IMG/VR virus record: IMGVR_UViG_3300037524_000965
Span: 1 to 41,017 of that record
Strand: one strand, 5' to 3'
From: a virus
Taxonomy: Duplodnaviria > Caudoviricetes
DNA length: 41,017 nucleotides
Part shown: positions 8,269-17,719 of the stretch, piece after piece
Layout of the letters: each line of letters begins with the position of its first letter
How positions within the stretch are numbered: position 1 is the first letter of the stretch
The notes under the pieces: model-generated
What the model saw: the letters and a program-made list of their open reading frames with translations, nothing else
What the model was told of the DNA's origin: nothing
Databases searched by the model: none
Position numbers and translations under genes: made by a program

Positions 8269-9813
8269 GTGACAAGCGGACAGAACGTCTCGATCACCAA
8301 GCTGCCTCCTGGGATCTCTCGGCTGGCATCACAGTACTCTTCCAAGGGTGTGTGGTGGGACTGCAACATGATCCGTTGGCGCTCTGGCGTTCCTTCGCCA
8401 GTTGGCGGCTGGGTCACTGCATTTGACTCTCCGGATCCTGTGACTGAGCCTGTGCGCTGCATGCTCACATGGCGCGACAATCAGTTCCAGCCTTGGCTTG
8501 TGTATGGACACTCATCCAAGCTGTACGCAGTTAACATGCTTGCTACGCCATACACACCAATCGACATCACTCCGACAGACCTGCTTACATCTCCTTCGAC
8601 CACAGAAGGCTTTGGTGCAGGTGCATTCGGCAAGGGTGCATTCGGCAAGAATGAAGAGCAGACTGCAGTCCCGACAGAGAACTACTGGCAGCTGGCAACT
8701 TGGGGCGAAGACCTCTTGGCCGTGCATTCGTATGATGGGCGGCTCTTCAGGTGGTCGCCTTCAACGCCAAGCACGCCTGCTGCTGCTGTTGTCAATGCTC
8801 CTACCGACAATGCTACTGTCGGTGTCACCGATGAGCGATTCTGCTTCTTGCTGGGTGGCAAGGGCAATGGCCGCAAGGTGCGTTGGTGCTCGCAAGAAGA
8901 TCTTGATGTTTGGACACCCACTGCAACGAACTCAGCAGGTGGCTTCGATCTTCAAACCACTGGTATTGTCTCCACTGTGGCCAAGGTACCACAAGGATTG
9001 CTGGTGCTGACTGATACGGATATCCACCTGATTGAGTATGTCGGCATCACCGCTGGTGTGTATGGCCGCCGCCTGATCAGCAAGGAGACAGGCATTGTCG
9101 GACCCTATGCGCACTGCGAAACGCCCAACGGCGTGATGTTCGCTGGCACCGACAACTTCTGGATCTTTAACAACGGCCTCAGCGTGGTGCCTTGCGCGCT
9201 GGTGTTTGATGTGTTCCGTTCAAACAACCGCCTCTCAAAGTTCTGCCACATGGGCAAGAATGAAGAGGCACAGGAGGTCTGGTTCTTCTACAACCGTGGC
9301 TCTTCGACAAGCATCAACTCGTATGTCAACTTCTCCTATGGACAGACCACATGGTGGTCTCGCGGCACGCTAAGGCGCACTGCATGGACCAATCCGATTT
9401 GGCAGGCGCGGCCTTATGCCTTCATGGACCACAAGTGCTACGAGCACGAGGTCGGTTGGCTTGATGATGGCTTGCCGCGCGCAGGGGTCTTCCTTGAGAC
9501 TGGCGCCATCGAGATCGGTGCTGGCGACAATCGCTTGTCGGTTGATAGGGTGTATCCTGATACCATCTACCCGGCAGACAACACGCCATATGCAGCCAAC
9601 ACTCCGGTGCCATATACGCTTACACTCAAGATGACCACAGCACCTCAGTCGAAGATCACATCCTATGGCCCCATCACAATGGATGCTGCTCTTGGCTACA
9701 CAACCCTGCGAGCTTCGGGCAGGGCAATGGCTGTGCGCTTTGATCAGTCGATTGATCAGGGCTGGGCACTGGGTGATGTGCGTGTTCGCATCAAGCAGAA
9801 GGGCAAGCGCTGA
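8269..9813 (+). CDS. Tail nozzle / head-stabilization protein (beta-propeller; P22 gp10 or T7 gp12 role)
   Basis: 514 aa; KLPPGI start, WGEDLLA and VRWCSQED...WTPTATNSAG motifs; position in the tail module. Confidence 0.75.
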   Translation: MTSGQNVSITKLPPGISRLASQYSSKGVWWDCNMIRWRSGVPSPVGGWVTAFDSPDPVTEPVRCMLTWRDNQFQPWLVYGHSSKLYAVNMLATPYTPIDITPTDLLTSPSTTEGFGAGAFGKGAFGKNEEQTAVPTENYWQLATWGEDLLAVHSYDGRLFRWSPSTPSTPAAAVVNAPTDNATVGVTDERFCFLLGGKGNGRKVRWCSQEDLDVWTPTATNSAGGFDLQTTGIVSTVAKVPQGLLVLTDTDIHLIEYVGITAGVYGRRLISKETGIVGPYAHCETPNGVMFAGTDNFWIFNNGLSVVPCALVFDVFRSNNRLSKFCHMGKNEEAQEVWFFYNRGSSTSINSYVNFSYGQTTWWSRGTLRRTAWTNPIWQARPYAFMDHKCYEHEVGWLDDGLPRAGVFLETGAIEIGAGDNRLSVDRVYPDTIYPADNTPYAANTPVPYTLTLKMTTAPQSKITSYGPITMDAALGYTTLRASGRAMAVRFDQSIDQGWALGDVRVRIKQKGKR

Positions 9814-10391
9814 TGTCGCGTAAGCTGATTCTGTCGCCACCACCGCCTGCGTATTCTCCCATTTATGAGGAGATTCGCAATCGCGAGATCATGCGCATTG
9901 TGAATGAGAAGGTGTCAGCCGAGGACACAACGATCTTCGGTGGCATTCCATTCACAGACGTCAGAGGATCAAACGCCAACTTTGAGATCCCTGCTGGATC
10001 CACTCCAATTAAGTTGCCATTCGACACAGTTGTTAAAGACACTGATCCTGCGATGTTGTTCAATGGTGCGACCAACTCGATGACATCGCAGATTGCGATG
10101 GACGCGCTGTTTATCATCAACCTCAGGCACGCTGCAGCCCCTGGTGGCTCCTACGACTTTACAACTCAAGCCTTCTTGGATGGTGTTGGCCAGCAGCCCT
10201 ATACCCAGACCATCTCCAACAACCAGACCCAGGACATCCGTGTTGCACGCTTTGTGGTCAATTACCCAGCCAATGTAATGATTGACTTGAGAGCATTCCA
10301 CAGCCGCACAGGCTCGGTGTTCCTCAACATGAACATCAGCGCATGGGGTGTGCTGAGGATGTCTCCAATTGACAGGGTGCCGATCACATGA
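9813..10391 (+). CDS. Tail-associated structural protein
   Basis: Coupled to the nozzle gene; PPPPAY helical N-terminus followed by a beta-rich domain. Confidence 0.6.
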   Translation: MSRKLILSPPPPAYSPIYEEIRNREIMRIVNEKVSAEDTTIFGGIPFTDVRGSNANFEIPAGSTPIKLPFDTVVKDTDPAMLFNGATNSMTSQIAMDALFIINLRHAAAPGGSYDFTTQAFLDGVGQQPYTQTISNNQTQDIRVARFVVNYPANVMIDLRAFHSRTGSVFLNMNISAWGVLRMSPIDRVPIT

Positions 10392-10783
10392 CAGACATGG
10401 CCGATGTCAGGTTCGCTGTTCTCAATCAGCTGATGAGTCGCCGGCAGCAGGTTGAGTCGGCGCTGAACCACCAGGACGGTGAAGGCTTCACCTTCGCACA
10501 TGTGTTTGATCGTGTTGCAAGAGGTGAAGCATTGTTCTTCTGGAATGACAGCTCTTGTGCTGTGATGGAGGTTCGGAGCTTCCCTGGTGGCAACATGCTG
10601 CACATCTTTCTGGCTGCAGGCACCACAGACGGGCTGTTGGAGCTCTACACAGGTGTTGCCGAGTGGGGAAAAAGAGAGTTAAATTGCACCCGGATGACGA
10701 CCCTTTGCAGGAAGGGATTTCGTCGCAGGCTGGCAAAGCACGGGTGGCGTGAGAACCAAGTCTGGCTTGTGAAGGAGATCTGA
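10388..10783 (+). CDS. GNAT-like acetyltransferase preceding the ejection proteins (T7 gp13-like position)
   Basis: LHIFLAAG...WGKRELNCTRM...RKGFRRRL..HGW resembles a GNAT acyl-CoA-binding region. Confidence 0.6.
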   Translation: MTDMADVRFAVLNQLMSRRQQVESALNHQDGEGFTFAHVFDRVARGEALFFWNDSSCAVMEVRSFPGGNMLHIFLAAGTTDGLLELYTGVAEWGKRELNCTRMTTLCRKGFRRRLAKHGWRENQVWLVKEI

Positions 10784-10784
10784 G

Positions 10785-11363
10785 ATGGGTGGTGGTGGTA
10801 AGGGTGGCGGATCTCAGACCACAACGGTCAAGCCAGATCCCCAAACGATGAAGATGATACAGGAGCTGTTCGCCTACGGCAAGGAGGTCGGCAAGATCCC
10901 CTACCAGCCCTGGACCGGAATGGACGTAGCAGCCTTCAATCCGCAGCAGCAGGGTGCCATGCAGGGCTTCTCGGACATTGGGAATGCCTTCGGGTTAAAC
11001 CTGCCTGAGCAGAACCAGCAGCCACCGCCGCATGTTGATCCAACGACAGGTGTGACAGGCTACTCAAGCTACCCTGCCTACGCACAGGCAATGAAGAATC
11101 TGTACGCGACTCAGCCAGAGATCGCCAAGCGGTATGCCAAGTTCTACGAGATCGGACCTGGCACGCTGTACAACGCACCGTCAATCCCGAACGACCCTGC
11201 TGTGGTGCAGGGCATTGTGGACGCGCTGCCCAATGTCATCGAGAGGGATCCTGAGCAAACCAAGAAGAAGAAGAAGGGCGGTGGCGGAAGCAGCAGCGGC
11301 GGTGGCTGGACAAGCTCCCAGCTCTCGCCCGTTCAGCAGCGCAATCTTGAGAGGGGTCGGTGA
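10785..11363 (+). CDS. Internal virion / ejection protein
   Basis: AAGGAG RBS; MGGGGKGGGSQTTT N-terminus and PY.G..VAAFNPQQQ motif typical of podoviral DNA-transfer proteins. Confidence 0.7.
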   Translation: MGGGGKGGGSQTTTVKPDPQTMKMIQELFAYGKEVGKIPYQPWTGMDVAAFNPQQQGAMQGFSDIGNAFGLNLPEQNQQPPPHVDPTTGVTGYSSYPAYAQAMKNLYATQPEIAKRYAKFYEIGPGTLYNAPSIPNDPAVVQGIVDALPNVIERDPEQTKKKKKGGGGSSSGGGWTSSQLSPVQQRNLERGR

Positions 11364-12433
11364 TGGCTGGCGGTGGCAACTCATATAGCAATCAGCCCCT
11401 CACGAACCAGATCTCTGGGGCATACACTGGCGCGCTGAATGCTGCTGGCAATCAGCAGGCCTATGGCCAGCAGGCTCTGGGTGCTGGGGCTGGAGCCTTT
11501 GGCGCTGCCTCGGACGCCTACAAAGGTGCTCTTGGCTATACGCCACAGGACATCAATGCCGGTCAGCTGGGCAACACCAATCTGCAGCCCTACATGAATC
11601 CGTTCCAGCAGAACGTCATCGACTCAACGATGAGCGAGCTGAATCGGCAGGAGACGATGGGCCGCATGGCTGCCGCCGATGCTGCGACCAAGGCTAACAC
11701 CTTTGGTGGCATGCGTCATGGTATTGCTGAAGCTGAGAACGCACGCAACTTCCGTGATCAGCGTCAGAACATTTTGTCTCAGCTCAACTCCAACAACTTC
11801 CTCAATGCACAGACCCGCGCTGCCGAGGACATCAACCGTTCCATGCAGGCTGCTCAGGCCAATCAGGGCATGCGCCAGAACATGTATGGCTCTGGTGCCA
11901 GCGGGATGGCAGGTCTGGCGAATAATGCCATGGGCTTCGGCGCTCAGATGTACAACCCACAGAGCCTTGCCAACCTGTCTGAGCAGGGCTTTGGGATGTA
12001 CAACCAGATGATGCAGAATGCTCTGCAGGCAGGCACGCTGCAGCAGGAGCAGTCGCAGGCCATCATCGACTCAGCCAAGAACCAGTGGGAGCAGTTCGTC
12101 AATCAGCCTCTGCGTGGCCTGTCTGCCATCACTGGTGCGACAGTCATGCCGGGTGGCTCAACGACCACCACCAAGGGTGGCTCCAGCGGTGGCAAGGGTG
12201 GTGCTGGTGGCATCATGTCGGGCATCGGAGGCATGCTGGGCATGTTCTCTGATCGCAACGCAAAGACCGACATTGAGCCGCTGGGCAAGGATCCTAAGAC
12301 TGGCCAGAAGATGTACGCATATCGCTACAAGAGCGATCCCAAGACCTACCCGAAGGTGGTTGGCCCGATGGCGCAGGACATGCCGAAGGGTCGCACCCGC
12401 AAGGTTGGTGGCAAGCTGGTAATCACGTCCTAA
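11363..12433 (+). CDS. Internal virion / DNA-transfer protein with C-terminal S74-like domain
   Basis: Gln/Asn/Gly/Ala-rich with YMNPFQQNVI; C-terminal FSDRNAKTDI..G..MY.YRYK..GPMAQD. Confidence 0.75.
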   Translation: MAGGGNSYSNQPLTNQISGAYTGALNAAGNQQAYGQQALGAGAGAFGAASDAYKGALGYTPQDINAGQLGNTNLQPYMNPFQQNVIDSTMSELNRQETMGRMAAADAATKANTFGGMRHGIAEAENARNFRDQRQNILSQLNSNNFLNAQTRAAEDINRSMQAAQANQGMRQNMYGSGASGMAGLANNAMGFGAQMYNPQSLANLSEQGFGMYNQMMQNALQAGTLQQEQSQAIIDSAKNQWEQFVNQPLRGLSAITGATVMPGGSTTTTKGGSSGGKGGAGGIMSGIGGMLGMFSDRNAKTDIEPLGKDPKTGQKMYAYRYKSDPKTYPKVVGPMAQDMPKGRTRKVGGKLVITS

Positions 12434-12443
12434 AGGAGGATTT

Positions 12444-12779
12444 ATGGACAAGCTTCGCAAGTACCGTAAGGAAATCGCCTTGGTGGTGTTTCTGGTGTTG
12501 GCCTCGCTGATCATCATCTGGTATGCTGCGGGCTCAGCCAATGCACAGCCCGTCCCCAAGTGCATTCCTGCTTACACACTGGATGAACGCAATGATGTTG
12601 GAGGGCAGATCTTCTCTCTGACATTCTTGCCCATGTTCCTTGCAGTCGGTGGCCCTGTTGCCATCGATGAAAAGGACCGCTACGAGACAGACACCCAGAT
12701 CCGTGCGGCCTGCACTGTGCTTGCTGTGGCAAAGCACGCTGTTGGTCTCAAGGAATACATCCCACAGGACAAGCGCTGA
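12444..12779 (+). CDS. Hypothetical exported or membrane-anchored protein
   Basis: AAGGAGG RBS; basic N-terminus, hydrophobic helix, ANA-Q possible cleavage site, two Cys. Confidence 0.65.
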   Translation: MDKLRKYRKEIALVVFLVLASLIIIWYAAGSANAQPVPKCIPAYTLDERNDVGGQIFSLTFLPMFLAVGGPVAIDEKDRYETDTQIRAACTVLAVAKHAVGLKEYIPQDKR

Positions 12780-12913
12780 TGCCTCTCAAGAAGGGTTCTT
12801 CCAAGAAGACGATCTCCAGCAACATCAAGACCGAGATGGCTGCTGGTAAGCCTCAGAAGCAGGCAGTTGCCATTGCCTTGAGCAAGGCTGGCAAGTCGAA
12901 GAAGGGCAAGTGA
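12779..12913 (+). CDS. Small basic protein, 44 aa (DUF6496-like; not in the ORF track)
   Basis: [44 protein letters not shown]; TGATG coupling; QAVAIALS motif. Confidence 0.75.
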   Translation: MPLKKGSSKKTISSNIKTEMAAGKPQKQAVAIALSKAGKSKKGK

Positions 12914-12914
12914 C

Positions 12915-13742
12915 ATGGACCTCCGGCAGCAGATCATCGATACAGCCAACCAGATGGGCATGGATCCGGTGCATCTGGCTACGATCATTTCGTACGAGAC
13001 CGGAGGCACCTTCAATCCCAACAAGGCTGGTCCCACTACCAAGTGGGGCCAGCATCGTGGCTTGCTCCAGTGGGGCGAGCCGCAGGCCAAGCAGTATGGC
13101 ATCGACTGGTCCAACCCACAGAGCCAGTTCGAGGCCATGCCGAAGTACTTCGCTCAGGCCGGGTGGAAGCCCGGCATGGGCCTGCTTGACGCTTACTCAG
13201 CTGTCAACGCTGGCAGCGTTGGGCGGTACAACGCTTCTGACACTGCTGCTGGTGGAGCTCCTGGCACGGTGCGTGACAAGGTGCAGAACCAGATGGGTCC
13301 GCACATGGCCAAGGCGCAAGGGCTGCTAGGTGGCACTTGGGGACCTTCTGGCCCCAGCATGCCTGCGCCTGTGAAGCCTGCATCGATCTCTGTGCCGACC
13401 AACCCTGGGATGCCAGGGATGATGACTCCTGGGATGGTGCAGCGCCCAGTGATCCAGCCTCCTGCAGCCATTGCGCCGCGTCCCATTACCCCGATGGTTG
13501 CCGGCGGTGGCGGTGGCAGCACTCCTATGGGTGGCGGTGGCAAGGGTGGCGCGATGGGCGGCATCGGCGCAGCCTTGCAGCAGATGGGTGGCGCAATGGG
13601 TGGTGGTGGCGGTGGCCAGCAACAGCAGCAGACTCCATCGCTGAACATGCAGCGTCCTCCGGGCATCCAGCTGAATGAAGCCACAATGACTGGCTACATG
13701 ACTGAAGCAGAACGTCGTCGCCGCATGCAAGGAGCAGCATAA
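12915..13742 (+). CDS. Virion-associated lysozyme/transglycosylase-like ejection protein with a low-complexity tail
   Basis: A..MGMDP..LATIISYETGGTFNP..GLLQW lysozyme-fold motif with a candidate catalytic Glu; Pro/Gly/Met-rich C-terminus. Confidence 0.75.
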   Translation: MDLRQQIIDTANQMGMDPVHLATIISYETGGTFNPNKAGPTTKWGQHRGLLQWGEPQAKQYGIDWSNPQSQFEAMPKYFAQAGWKPGMGLLDAYSAVNAGSVGRYNASDTAAGGAPGTVRDKVQNQMGPHMAKAQGLLGGTWGPSGPSMPAPVKPASISVPTNPGMPGMMTPGMVQRPVIQPPAAIAPRPITPMVAGGGGGSTPMGGGGKGGAMGGIGAALQQMGGAMGGGGGGQQQQQTPSLNMQRPPGIQLNEATMTGYMTEAERRRRMQGAA

Positions 13743-14320
13743 TGGTCGCGCCTCCTATCCGTCGCCCGCAGCCGCAGTCGCCTGATGAGTTGCTGCGCCA
13801 GCTGGACGCGCTGCAGTCCATGTTCGGGTTGGCCAACCCTGGCGTGCCAGGGATGATGACACCCGGATCGCGCGGTCCGCAGATGGCACAGAATCCTGGC
13901 CCTGTGATGCCACAGACCATGCAGACCAACCCTGGGATGCCAGGCATGATGACTCCTGGCGCTGTCACTCAGTTCCCGCTGGGACAGGGTGCCAGCCCGT
14001 ATGGCACGCGCACCAACGTGGGCATGCCGACCTCCATCCCGTCGCGTGAAGGCATTCAGCCCGCTGGCCCTGCCGCAGCTCCGGGCACCGCAGCCACTCC
14101 TGGCCTGCCGACGATGGAGCCTGAAACACAGCAGAGCGATATGTCTGGTCTGCTCTCAAGCCTCGGCAAAGGCATGGGTGGCGGCGCAGGCGGAGGCCAC
14201 GCTCCGGCAGGCTCGATCTCTATGCGCAATGCTCCGGGTGTTGAGGCTTCGCCGGCAGATTTCCCAGCTGCGATTCAGTCGTGGGTGGCGCTGCTCAATC
14301 AGCTCGGACTGGGGAGGTGA
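13742..14320 (+). CDS. Pro/Gly/Met-rich putative internal virion protein
   Basis: TAATG coupling; two NPGxPGMMTPG repeats. Confidence 0.6.
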   Translation: MVAPPIRRPQPQSPDELLRQLDALQSMFGLANPGVPGMMTPGSRGPQMAQNPGPVMPQTMQTNPGMPGMMTPGAVTQFPLGQGASPYGTRTNVGMPTSIPSREGIQPAGPAAAPGTAATPGLPTMEPETQQSDMSGLLSSLGKGMGGGAGGGHAPAGSISMRNAPGVEASPADFPAAIQSWVALLNQLGLGR

Positions 14321-14323
14321 GAT

Positions 14324-15856
14324 ATGGCCGGACTGTTTGATGCTCTCCAGCAGCCGGGTGGCGACACCTCTGGGGGTGGCTTTGGTGGTCAAGGCTTCAA
14401 CCCGATCCTCGGCATCCTCGGGATGATCCTGCAGGGTGCTGGCTCAGCCATGAGTGGTGGCACGCCCAACTTCTCTGGCATTGGTCAGGCCATGGCAGCC
14501 AATCGCGAGCAGCAGCTTCAGAACGAGAGGCTCCGCAAGCGGCAGCAGCTGGTGATGGCCTATGCCGACAAGATTGAAACTAGCAACCCTGACGCTGCTG
14601 AGCTGATGCGCGCTGGCCTGCTTCAGCCTGAGGACTTCATCAAGACCGAAGAAGAAAGCAAGAAGTTCCGCATGGAGAAGGACTATGCGGCCAAAGCTGA
14701 AGAAGCCAAGTGGGAGCGCGAACGTCAGGCCAAGCGCGAAGACGCTCTCTGGCAGCAGCAGAACAGCCCTGAGTCTCAGTTCTACCGCACGCTGTTCCCT
14801 GACAGCAGTGGTGGAGCGGTTGCGCAGCCTCAGATCGCTGGAGCTGGCTCCTCCCCGGCATCCGGCGCTGGGGCTGTGCAGCCTGCTGTTTATCAGCCGG
14901 GTTCACTGGGTGCGATCGAACAAGGCGTGCAGTACGGTGGTGGCAACCAGCCCCAGCCCCAGCAAGTCGCAGCTCAGCAGGCCGCGCCGCAGGCTGATAT
15001 GAAGACCCGGTTGGAGCAGGCAACTGGGCTGACAGACCTGACGCCGACCGAGATCACATGGCTGCAGCTGGGTGCCTCTGGTGGCAGGGATGGCTTCATG
15101 TCTGCGGTGCAGCAGCTCCGCACGCAGCGCGAGAAGGCCAAGCCTGGGTTCCGCGAGCCGACTGCTGAAGAGCGCCAGAGGTTCCCTGGTGTGATGTACA
15201 TGACTGATGAAGGTCCTAAGTTTGGACCCTCGAACACCACCACATCCATCGACCCAGAGACAGGCAAGGTCACCATCACCCAAGGCTCTGGTGGTGCCAG
15301 CGGTGCAGCCCTGCCTGCTGAAGTCGGTGGCCGCATCGGGCTTGGGCAGAAGTGGCTCGAGAATGACTATGCTGAGCTTGAGCGAGCAATTGCTGCCGGC
15401 GAAGCCACTGGCCCGATCGATCAGGCAGCTGCCAACCTTGGCTACGGTAAGCCAGCACAGATCCGCCGCCGCATCCAGACCGGCCTCGACGCGCTGCGGC
15501 GCTCGCTGACAGGCGCTGGCATGAGCGAGGGTGAAGCTGCACAGTATGCCTCGCGCTACGAGCCGCAGCTGGCTGACACCGCCGAAACAGCTCTTCAGAA
15601 GCTGAGAGGCTTGCGTCAGGACCTTGAAGCCTCAATGTCCGGTTCCATTGATGCAAAAACAGGCGCTCTGACCAAGCAGCCGTCCGCTGACACAGCTCAG
15701 CCACCTCCAGCTGGGCCAGGATCGTCGTTTCAGACCCCTGAACAGCCCATTAATGAGCCAGTTCCGGCCGGTGCGCAGGAAGGCGATGTGTTTGAGGACT
15801 CGGATACCAAGCGCAAATTCGTGGTGCGCGGTGGCAAGCTGTATGAGGTGAAGTGA
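14324..15856 (+). CDS. Internal virion / ejection protein
   Basis: GGAGGT RBS; MAGLFD start, amphipathic Gly-rich helix and coiled coils; position in the ejection cluster. Confidence 0.65.
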   Translation: MAGLFDALQQPGGDTSGGGFGGQGFNPILGILGMILQGAGSAMSGGTPNFSGIGQAMAANREQQLQNERLRKRQQLVMAYADKIETSNPDAAELMRAGLLQPEDFIKTEEESKKFRMEKDYAAKAEEAKWERERQAKREDALWQQQNSPESQFYRTLFPDSSGGAVAQPQIAGAGSSPASGAGAVQPAVYQPGSLGAIEQGVQYGGGNQPQPQQVAAQQAAPQADMKTRLEQATGLTDLTPTEITWLQLGASGGRDGFMSAVQQLRTQREKAKPGFREPTAEERQRFPGVMYMTDEGPKFGPSNTTTSIDPETGKVTITQGSGGASGAALPAEVGGRIGLGQKWLENDYAELERAIAAGEATGPIDQAAANLGYGKPAQIRRRIQTGLDALRRSLTGAGMSEGEAAQYASRYEPQLADTAETALQKLRGLRQDLEASMSGSIDAKTGALTKQPSADTAQPPPAGPGSSFQTPEQPINEPVPAGAQEGDVFEDSDTKRKFVVRGGKLYEVK

Positions 15857-17451
15857 TGGCCATGAATCTCGTCAAGGTCGGCTCTGCCCCAGCTCAGAAG
15901 AAGCCCGAAGAGCTCAGCTGGTGGGAAGCTCTGTCACAGGGTGCTGCCAACATCCCCAGCTCTACTGCCAAGTACGCAGGAGACATCTACACCGCAGTCA
16001 CCAACCCTGTTGACACTGCCAAGGCTCTTGGGCTCAGCGCCGCTGGCGGTGCACAGCGAGCCTTTGAGGCTGTTGGTGGCGAGCGCCTGACTGGTGACAT
16101 TCCCGATTGGGAGGGCACAGCTGCCGCTGACGCCATTGGCGAGTTCTACAAGAAGCGGTATGGCTCTGTCGAAGGTTTCAAGAAGGCTATCGCTGAAGAC
16201 CCCGTTGGTGTGCTCGGAGATGCCTCCTCGGTGCTGGGTGGAGCTGGCCTCGCTGCCAAGGCACCAGGCCTTGCAGGCAAAGTCGCAAGTGTCGCTGGCA
16301 AGGCAGCCAACGCGATTGATCCGCTGATGTTGGCTGGCAAGGCAGCTAGCAAGGCTGGCGGAATGGCCGGCAGTGCAGCAGCCAACGTGCTCGGTCTCAC
16401 CACAGGTGTTGGAGACGTGCCGATCCGTGAAGCCTATCGCGCAGGCAAGGCTGGTGGCCCTGCAGCTGAAGCCTTCCGCCGCAACATCGCTGGGCAGGTG
16501 CCATACGCTGATGTGGTTGACGAGGCTGGTGCTGCTCTGGGTAAGGTCAAGCAGGCTCGTCAGAATGCCTATCAGCAGGGCATTGCCACGACACGTCAGG
16601 CTGCAGGTCAGCTGGACTTCCAGCCTGTGCAGAACGCACTGGGCGATGTTATCGACTCGATGTACGAGCGCGGGTTCGCAAAGTCTGCTTCTTCGGAGCC
16701 GACCCTCAACCAGATGCTCGACATCTTCCAGGAGTTCGACCAGACACCTGGCCTGAAGGACGCCATGGGCTTTGATGCACTCAAGCAGCGCATCGGCGAT
16801 CTGTGGTCAGCCAGCCCTGAAGCCAAGCAGCCAAACAGGGCAGTGACAGCGGTGCAGGACGCGATTCGGCAGCAGATTGTCAAGCAGGATCCCAACTACG
16901 CCAACACCATGAAGGACTACGAGACCGCCTCGAGTCTGATTGATGAGCTGCAGCGCGAGCTGTCACTCAGCCGCAATGCTGCTGAGTCCACCACACTGCG
17001 CAAGCTGCAGTCTGCGGTGCGTGGCGGAGCAAGTCAGGGCTGGAAAGGTCGCGAAGAGCTGATGCGCACCCTGATGCAGGAGAGCGGCAACCAGACACTG
17101 ATGCCAGCCATGGCTGGTCAGGCCATGCAGAGCTATGTGCCGCGTGGCATCATGGGTCCGCTGGCAGGTGCTGGCGGTATCGGAGCAGTGATGGCAGGGC
17201 TGACGCCTGCAGCTATCCCTGCGCTGGCCATGGCATCGCCACGCGCTGTGGCCAATGCTGCCTACTACTCAGGCAAGGCAGCAGCTCCGGTGCAGGCGGC
17301 TGGCAGGGCTGTGGCTCCGGCTGCGAGTGCTGCGTACCAGGCCACTCGTCCAGCTCAGTCGCCTGCACGCGCAGCGGTGGAAACGGGCAGCATTGATGAG
17401 CGCCGTCGCCGCGCTGCCAACAAGCTGAAGCGGATCACTCCAGGCTCCTAA
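15856..17451 (+). CDS. Large internal virion / DNA-transfer protein
   Basis: Ala/Gly-rich helical protein with RYGS.EGFKKAIAEDPVG; last gene of the virion operon. Confidence 0.65.
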   Translation: MAMNLVKVGSAPAQKKPEELSWWEALSQGAANIPSSTAKYAGDIYTAVTNPVDTAKALGLSAAGGAQRAFEAVGGERLTGDIPDWEGTAAADAIGEFYKKRYGSVEGFKKAIAEDPVGVLGDASSVLGGAGLAAKAPGLAGKVASVAGKAANAIDPLMLAGKAASKAGGMAGSAAANVLGLTTGVGDVPIREAYRAGKAGGPAAEAFRRNIAGQVPYADVVDEAGAALGKVKQARQNAYQQGIATTRQAAGQLDFQPVQNALGDVIDSMYERGFAKSASSEPTLNQMLDIFQEFDQTPGLKDAMGFDALKQRIGDLWSASPEAKQPNRAVTAVQDAIRQQIVKQDPNYANTMKDYETASSLIDELQRELSLSRNAAESTTLRKLQSAVRGGASQGWKGREELMRTLMQESGNQTLMPAMAGQAMQSYVPRGIMGPLAGAGGIGAVMAGLTPAAIPALAMASPRAVANAAYYSGKAAAPVQAAGRAVAPAASAAYQATRPAQSPARAAVETGSIDERRRRAANKLKRITPGS

Positions 17452-17516
17452 ATTTGCTGTTGCCTTTTGGTTGGGGCTCAGGCATAAAGGTGTCCATGGG
17501 CAGCGCGGTGCTGCTC
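17451..17516 (+). promoter_or_regulatory. sigma70-like promoter plus conserved 5' hairpin (module 1)
   Basis: TTGCCT(17460)-N17-CATAAA(17483); hairpin GCAGC-GCGGT-GCTGC at 17500-17514. Confidence 0.7.
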
Positions 17517-17540
17517 CGAGCCAAGAAAGGGATAATGCTG

Positions 17541-17714
17541 ATGGCAACATACACAGGCCTTGAGTCCAGCTCAGATCACGAACTCATCACTGAGGCTCGG
17601 CTCTCTGAGAGCAAGTTGGCACAGGAGCTGGCCAAGCGGCTGCTCAAGTGCAAGGCTGATCTCTACAATGCGAATGCCGAGATCGACGATCTCGAGAGTG
17701 AATTGGAAAGGTAG
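17541..17714 (+). CDS. Small coiled-coil hypothetical protein
   Basis: AAAGGGA RBS before ATG 17541; heptad pattern. Confidence 0.6.
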   Translation: MATYTGLESSSDHELITEARLSESKLAQELAKRLLKCKADLYNANAEIDDLESELER

Positions 17715-17719
17715 GACGC

